A stretch of 64,000 nucleotides of DNA from an uncultured archaeon. GTDB taxonomy: Archaea > Aenigmatarchaeota > Aenigmatarchaeia > Aenigmatarchaeales > Aenigmatarchaeaceae. This document shows, in pieces, positions 30,001-30,505 of the stretch (the stretch's first letter is position 1; every line of letters begins with the position of its first letter). The notes beneath the pieces are model-generated. The model searched no databases. It was not told where the DNA came from and saw only the letters and a program-made list of their open reading frames with translations. The stretch spans positions 115,876 to 179,875 of the forward strand of contig CAYFXV010000001.1 in NCBI GenBank assembly GCA_964347265.1. The letters run 5' to 3'. Made by a program: the position numbers and the translations under genes.

Positions 30001-30505
30001 AGAAAGAGCATGTAGAGAATTCAGAAAGTGGGGAATTGGATTATTCTTAATATCTCAGGTTTTGTTAGACTTCAAAGGAGCAATAAGAGCTAATATAGCA
30101 AACGAGATACAATTAAGAACAAAATATGAAGGAGACATAGGAAGAGTAAAATCAAAATATGGTTCTGATTATGCATCAAAAGTAACAAGACTTACCATTG
30201 GTACAGGTTTATTCCAGAATCCAGAATTTAATCACGGAAGACCTTGGTTCTTAATGTTTAGACCTTTGTTGCATTCACCGTTTGCTTTAACTGACAAAGA
30301 GATTGATACGTATATGAAATTAGATAAGAAAGTAAAAGAGATTGAAGACAAAATTAAGAAACTAAAAGCAAAGAAAGTTGATACTTACGACATAGAAGTT
30401 GAACTAAACATTGCTAGAGATAAAGTTAAAACTGCTGCTTTCAGAATGGCTAAAACTTATTTAGAATCAATTGAGAAAAGACTCGAAAAAATGGGAGTTA
30501 AATGA
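2..30505 (+). CDS. Giant (>10,140 aa, 5' partial) repetitive N-glycosylation-sequon-rich cell-surface protein ending in a TM helix and a cytoplasmic HerA/FtsK-superfamily (DUF87-like) P-loop ATPase domain
   Basis: A 30.4-kb uninterrupted reading frame in a ~30% GC genome, where random ORFs are short. The frame is open back to nt 2 with no stop (SNDSNSSITGDFIGIPQTTEKSFPIEV precedes the TTG at 83) and there is no N-terminal signal peptide, so the gene continues upstream. It contains hundreds of N-x-S/T sequons. A ~350-aa module periodicity is marked by P.V.P..GGWG..F.F.V.V.D.D..V.V.LW, YKFNATD, NPTC, VTDDCG and GxYNCTW motifs. The C-terminus is a PTPPTEPTEPTP + GGGGGGAGMGTGIAGVAGAGGAAAA linker, then two small beta-rich domains, the TM helix WITYVILLGGVPALIIGI followed by RWYSAYRASKAAKAR (positive-inside), and then Walker A AAGGTGSGKT, IIVFDPT, Walker B LLVVYDEVHRLLP and WGIGLFLISQ..D......IANEIQLR. 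Confidence 0.85.
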   Translation, partial: SNDSNSSITGDFIGIPQTTEKSFPIEVLADVSINLEVGENLVRATLILDNGDLLENQQIDFYLNNTLLGSGLTNSEGFVDFPVSDMGILKAVFSGDSSLFYNPSEIEKEIKPVEILTTKQEENITLTLEESEGIKFYRRLDCDRCGQHKTPPLTEVNMSIWVNNETGNLTDYYPTEWTIMNNNGGTITVHNETYNKIEFDKPSSWYIIESPNRTLPPTKYYFFSEFGGIISDSWFVIVSDPAAECVWKQDTISYSCVESGGQDSDCDNGNKTWNVGTSCTEAGGPTIGCYIANITVLFFTSNAATSQNHDAQFIIYNSTAAHYPASFNYPYEGYLGPLYSCGSVNNATTQPNSPTTCNLTGRGFNETSYNITSYVPAKGAVSVTQINYQWCWEDEFPKLDNPLVNDTQSGFTAGWGSIFNFSVEVWEPQGNETNISLWYTQTAGQNWMFAGSKNDTSPPKTAPGNLTNFTLNFSCSDGSITDSLSNDLGVLGATKYYKFNATDPYFNTNDTYNYYGNIYFTPVKDNLTLSNATPNNSVINRTDSIDLSQLVNDSIRSVSLGENEVGGTVYIQRDGTNFNDYYISGTNSTGYLNYNLTSTTMCTDNFDVGLQKWYISTDGSACYNGNQSENLTLTIQGILTATVKQPTGNQNYDRGQTVTIKGYIEDDCGAKTGWEDKINFTLITEGGTYYCNPITEVIGEAGNYSCNWDSNEGVAGTYNITVNTSDGYYYNSTVNETDAFSLVTTPRYDNISISPSSGSGWGNEYNYTVDIDDATGEEVNVSFWLQESGESWTYQESKNCTVGTNCTDVWFAKNFTCNDQNTWFFKFNVTDPYGTSNESSDTANSHVIGKDNVTIEYMAGNNTTASLDTPATFILRIYDFEKGTYNLSAPITFNVTKQGAGNDYYFVGTNTTNETGYVIFDFYADPSFDSVRQYWRGYVNTTQSPQCYDFNQSNEYNVTTRSNVPKLENESVSPITGGWGDSRRFNISVYDQNDTTNVSLWRSTSTGGPWIFVYSENYTSVDTWQNLSFLINFTCSEVRTDPWYYKFNATNAIGNKNTTTADSTRNFTVSKNDVIFVDFYGNNTIANRSGSQENLLFLRLVDGNGTNLSDYNASFYVTTDGENFPAVGVSNDSNSSGYVHYYFNPSCSPKNQVGDQMWKVEVGDACYQTNSTNTSGIYLNLTVMGNILITLSNPDGTENVTQRSNMLFLGSSDDDCGDSLTLNTTSGYEEVEYYANNSSTYGFYCDGYTLIGANSYRCYWKTNTSTPVGSYNGSMFVNKNYYYPNNTLDDADRGWLFYVEVLREFVNVSVNPSSEMWDYVNWNFSAVATSGDDENETIKLLLKKGAGAWRFCEDAIAQCSNMTPTNCTHCENQTYFWYANFTESNAGTWFYKFQMNNTNTLAADHETSGTDSFDVLTSAIRVYLENVTVGSSCGGYTCSWGGGNFTFNVTVNTTGVNNATVFLWYSPTNSEPWTLIEQDNYTIPGDQWQQLNFSKRYNCSDIGTNYYFFNATNYNGTTNTTASQTFTVTRDNVTFNYIEGHNSTANRTGIQTTLLSFQAKDLNGTNLSSFPIKYSITTNNVTYYTDNNFIVITDSSGYANLSFNATCANDYSGAPKFLVGDQQWKAEVNDTELSCYYNNDTSNFLYRNLTVMGNILITLSNPDGTENVTQRSNMLFLGSSDDDCGDSLTLNTTSGYEEVEYYANNSSTYGFYCDGYTLIGANSYRCYWKTNTSTPVGSYNGSMFVNKNYYYPNNTLDDADRGWLFYVEVLREFVNVSVNPSSEMWDYVNWNFSAVATSGDDENETIKLLLKKGAGAWRFCEDAIAQCSNMTPTNCTHCENQTYFWYANFTESNAGTWFYKFQMNNTNTLAADHETSGTDSFDVLTSAIRVYLENVTVGSSCGGYTCSWGGGNFTFNVTVNTTGVNNATVFLWYSPTNSEPWTLIEQDNYTIPGDQWQQLNFSKRYNCSDIGTNYYFFNATNYNGTTNTTASQTFTVTRDNVTFNYIEGHNSTANRTGIQTTLLSFQAKDLNGTNLSSFPIKYSITTNNVTYYTDNNFIVITDSSGYANLSFNATCANDYSGAPKFLVGDQQWKAEVNDTELSCYYNNDTSNFLYRNLTVMGDINITFTKPDGTSNYTQEDTMLFQGYTYDDCHDALLPTVKFYANNSSDNSSECTNVNILGENVFECDWETTIETQRGWYNTTMKANITGHYNNFSINSGDPGLFYLFPIYKLQNEGAVPTTEGWGYKNWNFSINASSGDPDNVYNVTFQINKGSPPVGSTPCNDSVCVNQTYKECSYPDCVGRTVYWYRNFSYNDQGTWFYKFLLNTEETSGNDIIIVEEDNITINRSSPPDETIVNRSGSQSVLFVVFVNDTDANHTAGNLTDGFPSATIYFNVTNTSGNYITYGSNLTNDTGHSNVSFNPNCTYPNGTQNWTSYTLNDPNYKNFTMNVHNITIWGDLEPQEIRTYNTTDESDIFYWDQTINVTGVIEDDCGNRISNETGINVTFKIYKNDTYPSEAIALCTDVEYLGNGVYSCQWFANTYENTTYKITMNASNVSLHNNGTYTKPGAFGLNVPPNTPPLVEAGSVTPNPGAWGSNFNFSVNVTDEDNYQNVTVYLWYSSDGNEPWTIINQTTCVENCTNNNETTIYFNKSDYSCQDIGTRYFKFNATDNSTKENAGSEQDEGPYMLNLTRNNVDFINAVGDGGTVNRSGTQNITFFIQINDTIKNVLVTSNVTKGRFWVTYDELNWDDGSDNRTSNASSYINYTFNPTCTPTRYNASGSQKWKAGVLNDSCYADNNSTNYSLTIKGDLVNSIIEPNGDVVSDPNNVTIIGNVTSDCSDDFVTDANVTFRISHESFTYFAEPDPANNNGTYYNATRNVTVTEGGNYSVIMNSSRSIYNPDNDTTSNAFHHQINPELTNDYVTPSSKAWGTTFYFYVNVTDDDDNVTVYLWTRCTGGNTTANDCYAGSEFKLNDTQTCFDCVNNQTQFSVTTVSNSIGNYEWFFNSSDSNGGINNTSIKTFNITKRPIYFVHQQGNESNVSRIGSNTTILQVKVYRVGVNGGADDELDGLPVRFWITLNGTDWSSTIRQNTSGQTGAGLVEHYFNPTCPTPEFFKTGQQKWNTTFAGNAIYFSNTSENFNLNINSTFIGIINVPNGDTFATGSNIFTSGNLTDECEIIIGATVTYGVEGEPTVTCSGTDHSNGTYTCTLPTSGLLTGWYNETMNASKAYYENLYHIDENNFEMRGGPTLFSEQINPATEGWGYNFTINVTAEDTDPSDYINISLWKSVGGGEWIEIATQDCDPGVCITPQPFFFYPEFNCTDYLNGPNINFKFNATDSYGLTDETSNFSATFQKDNVTFTIVQGQGINIGRENETNNFIIIVNDSDRNNNPVNASQESDNSINGTFWFGTVSGSATFDEGHNVSIEDASGQMNYTFDPNCSYEVGNEYWYAEIIDNQCYDDESMDTTSQTYNLFGQLKVNLYTPSEFSQWNVTDFINFRWNVSSDCYAQEGNISGLSNTFELNNFDNTSSCTDITEPFAGNYNCTWNSTSQPEGNWTVNITAINNTHWWNNFTSYADWFFLNNRNATGSNPTVNPPNGGWGGFYRYNITVNDSENDTVTCRLYTNTNGTWVYKGSDTISTPENCSIVVNDFSCGDQGSGEFYFMINDTYNVVNTSQTLGITDGPNLGTDEVTVTFIQEGGAPDFYVNRSGNQYTTMVLLVNDTIKSEQPNNTNVTFWVTTNETDYDSGNVVTTNSSGYAIYKFNPNCTGPFYDDGNQTWIGGTTDGCYNDTNTTTNFSLKIFGDLINTVIEPTGGFTVLRGNNTTIKVNVTDDCNASVNISTINITSIQDTNEYECSPILQYFDVSPTGFYNCTFNTSDPVLMPARYYKIKVNTTLENHTYEEVNETNAFFIETEPVLSSETVMLPETGWGSTNTFTVNFTDEDLDANSEVTVWFRKCTDETCTAYSPDWTSANSISNNSVSGIGINVSFNKTWGCGDIGYWQYKFNASDSRGYTNETSIHSFNLTKDDVSIEYFWGNNSVVNRSISENQVLSVRVKDLNKNVYVGVPIVSASGKFWVTNDTLNNFLEVFSDVSSDNSYLNRTWSPNCTFAIGPQKWKVNISNDGCYQDNTSDEFKINITTYPLVVNILQPTDNTTFLKGIDNILVKGNVTDDCSATLGKGIVNATVIFTAEKIDDGFSSSTPALCTVYNESDGEYNCTILNTTHEQVDWNYGIYNITMNATKNYYNNSITKTEEDAFVLASEPELKTITVSSTQGGSTGGWGEIWTYSIQLRDNDTNTVNVSLWAYNLSGTDVWELLNSTTCPGTLCPNPTSSFQTITFTGHNYSCSNLEGLYSRGITYKFNASDNLNYTNQSSNDTFTLERDNSFTLYISGGGTSVDREGDATTRLILQVQDEDRGYVIVEGGVSAKIFVTYNQTQWDSGADLTTNSSPNGGYVNYDFNATCSYETGLQWWRGGPYDDSCYKPSNNTPNRSVYVWGQLKNNLELPNYGSIYYTGDPITARYNTTSDCAGESLIANATPASIEFSLSGSTWFNCTSFNNEYDGWYNCTWTDTIQTHGQWDIRLNSSKSPDYYNSNSTIYTDWFNLTDSPPSYNNQNVSPSSGGWGTSFNFSINVSDIDANDINCTLFTYTNGAWTNRGTTTVSPSYPKLCSIIVDNFTCSDINTSSLNWFKWELEDVININNTTNTTGPNITKDSIQIIHLSGDGQPVNRTYGSLTIKVFVNDTTKNQGVGSGSDPTATVYFNITTNGTNYITEDSDTTSSGNASIDFAPTCSNYSIGLQDWFAYVLGDSCYIDQNSSTFNLTVLGSLTPLITLPTGDKYLRGENDTIIRGNVTDDCSQAFNTSIVNFTAIHQDSSTENLCSPTNNENDGWYNCTVNNTTHATWTAGAYRIKFNVTANNYNYNESIDNCAPGTNDENGGWCTNNYKGFWLETKPNLTAPSVSPSGDGGWGETWTFTVNSTDEDYDNLRVRLWIRKCDDDLCGSPGAWQLTGSNTSVSGINTTVTFTKSNFDEDAIDSGGKWQYKFNVTDYVSAIPNYDGWDNNETLIYNFTLQPDDINITYFWGNNSVVNRSIAPSQSNVTLSVRVYDTDRNALLSAGAGGTGKFYVTTDPYDTNSFIVDKSGISVTGNGFINETFPNTLYPSSSEPCNYSIGPLRWRAEYSGSAYEATNSSDFFVNLTTYPLQVNLYNPDNDTFRRNVDPIPYIGNVTDDCTDVLGTGVSNVTTVTFQGYYGTNYPSWALCQDGSVTDNNNGTYNCSVTSSAVAAFNRYNLTFNATKEYYNDSNTTEIIDSFWIVTNPRLDGEGVTTDDQGSVHPYSWGAVWTFSVTVTNPDVSQYTFDDMNLSLWLNLTGDWELANSTIADADDSDYATGKQVSFIQYFDCGDVGSKQYKFNITSFWNYNNTTAANGFSIDKDDVTAVFGSDPDNINRESGSELFVFRIRDDDNSSSYVTNSSTNVTIYFAYEENLNEYNISYTVNPNSTGYLNYSLDPDCNYSTGIHYWKGGIEEDGCYYGDNISAATYNITGQLKNNLTLPVYNSNYNVTDQIPVNFSTLSDCSNDRTDENPVINASDFSIEMSLDGSSWSECSSDNSYLGWYNCTWNSTDKSEGQWDVRVNSSKDGWFYSNSSIYTDWFNLLNWNVTNTSVPAVSPTEDGWTRTYNYTVNVSDQEGDTINCSLFISKDDQATWTYNGSYIVSGTPGIVTTGTCFIEINDFTCANMGTDNWFKWRIENGEPQNAWNTSAIQGPNLTESNVTVILIEGDDYVFNRSYGGNQVRRLGVNVYDDDNNSFNPNIYVSFWITNDTSSYRLETNNTTDSSGNASYYFDPNCTHSVGMQYWVAGVTDNCYEDMNATSTNFTLNVTGDLKFNITSPVNDTYQGTKYIRGVDNITFRGNISDECGADITSAVINFTAIQSGEEHMCSSVNNEGDGFYNCTVDGSDTSSWSPSNYQSSISYSVKFNATASFYNYNETIDTCSPATSGSGCTDSKRGFLLETTPNLTDPGVSPSGDGGWGETWTFTVNSTDEDYDNLRVRLWIRKCDDDLCGSPGAWQLTGSNTSVSGINTTVTFTKSNFDEDAIDSGGKWQYKFNVTDYVSAIPNYDGWDNNETLIYNFTLQPDDINITYFWGNNSVVNRSIAPSQSNVTLSVRVYDTDRNALLSAGAGGTGKFYVTTDPYDTNSFIVDKSGVSVTGNGFINETFPNSGVCNYSIGPLRWRAEYSGTAYNDTNSSDFYDDFFVNLTTYPLQVNLYNPDNDTFRRNVDPIPYIGNVTDDCTDVLGTGVSNVTTVTFQGYYGTNYPSWALCQDGSVTDNNNGTYNCSVTSSAVAAFNRYNLTFNATKEYYNDSNTTEIIDSFWIVTNPRLDGEGVTTDDQGSLNPYSWGATWTFSVTVTNPDVTGYSFDDMNLSLWLNLTGDWELANSTTCDADDSDYASGKSVSFIQDFDCGDVGSKEYKFNITSFWNYNNTTSANGFSILKDDVTIISDSDPANINRESGSGLFVFRIRDDDNASSYVTNSSTNAAIYFSYENVSEHNISYTVNPNSTGYLNYSLDPDCNYSTGIHYWKGGTTTDDCYYAVNLSSDPTFNVTGQLKNSIIQPSEDSEFAMGTLVNITSNISSDCQENVSSATVTHEASLYGSGTWEWANISAIENEEFGKYNSTWNTTFNQGGNWSFKINASKLNYYSNSTIFTNWTYLNNTAPTAENASVSPETDGWGSNYSFSISVDDMQYDNVTCKLFTYTAGSWSYRGNDTVYLGVGNCTVNVTDFTCSDINTTSLNWFKWEIDDATNVFNTSNVSAPSITKDNVTIYYEYGNNSTANRNMSQTDLLIVRIFDNNSQKYVGSQIPNATGRIFVTTNGNDFDSGTQNTTNSSGYLNIYFDATGDFSVGLQNWTGGTYGDSCYYDANLTQNYTLIVKGDLANSISSWISPGGKGESVVKPDNVSFQMLVKDDEDLGITGASLNVTFINSLYGNNFTCDTIMEISNGYYNCTINTTLMSAGWYNITIDSNKTYYNDGYYFDSDVFYVETIPALITPIILSHNGSDIGGWGETWTAITNVTDEDQDNVTLKVQVKKYTDPDTPANWLDENQSSYFDNPDLRGPVNQTINLTFQDLDFMDDQVVWQVRFMVNDTDGYGSISSYTNFTIDKDDILIELLYGDNEEVWRNGTETLSLILNVTDLDQNLPADQVNMTFYITTNSSDPESFDGGATYQTNTSGISEYPFQPDCLYSTGEQTWYGKNNPDPYYKYNFTQNYSLNIKSYIALEVNYPTGQSFLIGAQIPFIGRVFDECFNISNAEVNFYDRRPGATERFYTCYGTTDWGNGTYNCTWDSSNKPPGWHGVKIEARKEYHGNYPNYNQTIRYIDGYETHHLSTQPSISLGWSSYPSVDPKVDGWGKLRTFQAKITDLDGSLNNISLWKSFDNNTWYLINSTNMSPQGVDVQVRYNLSGVLTDPFKNRFSCDDLSNSTGGIVYFKFNTTDIFGYGDESEIDNFTVQVDNVTLTLDPLSNTTTRRIADNKAYLRFTIRDDDYGNYYPDNVNGSVWITLNGTNYSYNITNSSYSGNLTVYYNSTCNSDVGIQYWKGGTIDSCYEMKNTTNETLTVYGQLNVSLISPPNESVINRDKNVSLNSSVEDECSQSIFDATVNWYNSSSYSLGNDYNVTWHIPVEYKLGNETIITNATRTYYDYDSNNTTVYVYGWSDVSYIEPLNETTYDSGDGVDIACRVIDSNTTQPIANYAVFIYVNDESLENLTTDSNGWINTSWDTSGKSAGWYNITCSIEDNSTLYYNTSASQNETWIMLERPLKINIIRMDGSACQQGLVCKWIYRNDTFSPYKVNITVHVMDASIGSAQDANVTFYNSTNFLGNCTTNSTGWCYLENYNPANNTNPAIITIYINATRPENEDSVTNTSLLRVKGILNVTVISPPDIVRCGASGYDCSKSEAINLTVDVFSENGENASTLNPTVTWYNETSQVTSGGVSILLPQTKVKEQDTGNHNFMAVATKDNYDDGSANVTFNISGVVTVTWISPTVETPYPYDFYPTCYVEDEDAGIGVDEYLVNFSYKWEPTPDFTFNGTYLTNSSGYANYTFTPTQKGNISFNCTIGDNTSRYYSKSPTQYFDIEYDIWVKDLDPPEFYNVSIVPNESMEANLNYTNITVFVNDNYEIKTVKVYIEYPNTTTENLTMTNLTPIQSEFGYYNATYNLTFTPPIGGIYNITIYAIDGDTENNYNSTSKYNISVWGGINGSVSQCVNNTNDGDLTDCDSDITAPFISQTNSFTFEVRSNFTNLGPAGAYEINLTHSEDPVGSLTYDDPYHECGLLYPNETCSWNFNVTVPAAKPPGLYLTHVNSTWKNPDNTYQTVYNTTYISVDSNPIINITETELIKDIAHNQTTYIGNITIVSAGNDEVRNITLSWYGISGVMGYYNLALNCPLCSLDISPNQETVLFAADNFTSHINISVPAGQEPGNYLADLIVMSENAGNDTALLNLTVPLNDSWIRTPLSGTFGTILAPLNTSNLIGYINVTNIGNIKIAFEVIKSGDIYSYTKIDNQNWFSFDLEKLVTRPLNLTYSIPAAASVGVYDITIYIRNFSLTVPQQTVNFSLNVTDVPPNITDIQIVPTSFEQGYENVTIQANVTDNFAVDKVWTNITPPNGSSFILLMQNYTGFIYNITYVYPVAGTHEIIICANDSASLLACTSPINITSSDTTQLTISTNATLLNATQIRIDSGQGFAINFSVNNIGASRANNTNVSISYPSNITVSYDYFDFGEVLKNTSEYNITTITVENATAPGIYVVNLTVSWTNLNNTFNSSLFNITINVTPNAEIDILENVINKIIEEGDSDNATLTLRSIGNDNVTNVNISCSSGEICDPVNNFIIDIEPWNISLMPIGNITYVNITFGVPSGYPTGDHSGYIRVDWNDSTSTQNFSEEIPVNILVPANVSWIHNPKTIEKRVYDNETGSYGQINITNTGNANATLNLTINGTVAEWLTLSKYNITLLYGEIQTIYVNYSSPNITYNTNYTGYITSNITGSLRENATTKEVSTFVSLFVSPYGVNITYPTQNNPILDVNPADTVQAKVNITENGTIVSSAAMFEVTLFNETMSSSANITSYPFNASEGFWLVNFTAPNISIGRIYNLNISANHTGVYNNTRYDIEYDSIVYNDTTAPIIDVIFPVRTPANQTVNIKINITEYGGLKNITANITHPDNSSEIVNLTFLSRVSNAYTYENNFSNTSQIGIYVLNTTACDISDNCNSTSSSFEIYPTAYFSGHAVDVESVGEEPIYINFTFYDSNTTTIRFNFGTNLTDGYYNETIDVKSYDLKVKTVNQSFRHTIEFNTISISSNYYNPIILGNIPSARTTISAFKGLYIYSNLSSSDMKIIMDFSECLSNGCGPPIYDPQHLAIYKYDSSWTPKVTSSQNTLWTRINNENGDNADNSVNLTTLSVSATVSSLNGAYILAEFICGDEECENSFGESTNNCPIDCPSLPPTPPTEPTEPTPGGGGGGAGMGTGIAGVAGAGGAAAAITPAQPLPVPLEIKSTLLETTLAPGEEKIFSVDITNNLDSGATATLFVEGPVFALLTVQKPSMSIKAKSTEVSEIRAAAPVAAVPGIYTGDLVIKSGSIVHRIPVTITVEPVVEPLLDVQVKALSKEINPGANVSFEISLVNMGETAEVEDITVTYSVKPVANQTNIISTSSETLAVEDKVTYRRTIEIPADTPEEKYIIEANASYWYGTKFAVSADNFDVTTLPWPLLLLKAAFMNWITYVILLGGVPALIIGIRWYSAYRASKAAKARYIAPLDFKTLPQKSPDSLLVGKIAETDVKAYMSIPQLLMHSIAAGGTGSGKTVSAMVASEELLKRKVPIIVFDPTAQWTGFMKPCSLKPMLKLYSRFGLKPTDATRFKTTVILVENPNMPINIKDYMKPGEMTVFVMNRLKGEDLDRFVRRSIQAIFDMRPTESKQIKLLVVYDEVHRLLPKYGGKKGYIAIERACREFRKWGIGLFLISQVLLDFKGAIRANIANEIQLRTKYEGDIGRVKSKYGSDYASKVTRLTIGTGLFQNPEFNHGRPWFLMFRPLLHSPFALTDKEIDTYMKLDKKVKEIEDKIKKLKAKKVDTYDIEVELNIARDKVKTAAFRMAKTYLESIEKRLEKMGVK
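3539..6346 (+). repeat. Perfect 2 × 1404-bp (468-codon) in-frame tandem duplication inside the giant gene (3539–4942 = 4943–6346). A diverged third unit starts at 6347
   Basis: Identical antisense shadow ORFs at 4295..4675 and 5699..6079 are offset by 1404. Direct comparison shows identity from aatctaactgttatgggtaacattc (3539 / 4943) to ...ttcttgtatagaa (4942 / 6346). Flanking bases differ (3538 g vs 4942 a). The third copy diverges after ...gttatgggt (gatataaat instead of aacattcta). Confidence 0.85.
14888..16580 (+). repeat. ~1.7-kb block, copy A, of a near-identical (>95%) intragenic duplication spaced 3189 bp apart
   Basis: Identical shadow ORFs 14956..15144 / 18145..18333 and 15120..15314 / 18309..18503. 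The protein block VSPSGDGGWGETWTFTVNSTDEDYDNLRVRLWIRKCDDDLCGSPGAWQLTG...YSLDPDCNYSTGIHYWKGG recurs with a few substitutions and small indels (TLYPSSSEPCNYSIGP vs SGVCNYSIGP). Confidence 0.75.
18077..19760 (+). repeat. ~1.7-kb block, copy B, of the same near-identical intragenic duplication
   Basis: See copy A. The offset is 3189 bp, equal to one ~1063-aa supermodule. Confidence 0.75.
29290..30505 (+). other. C-terminal single-pass TM segment (~29290–29385) plus cytoplasmic HerA/FtsK-like (DUF87-type) ATPase domain of the giant protein
   Basis: Walker A codons gcaggtggaactggatctggaaagaca lie at ~29555–29581. Walker B ttacttgtagtctatgacgaagttcac lies at ~29931–29957. The ordered motif set GTGSGKT / hhhFDP / hhhhDEVH / R.FRKWGhGhhhhSQ is typical of DUF87/HerA-branch ATPases (pattern recognition, not searched). 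Confidence 0.6.
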
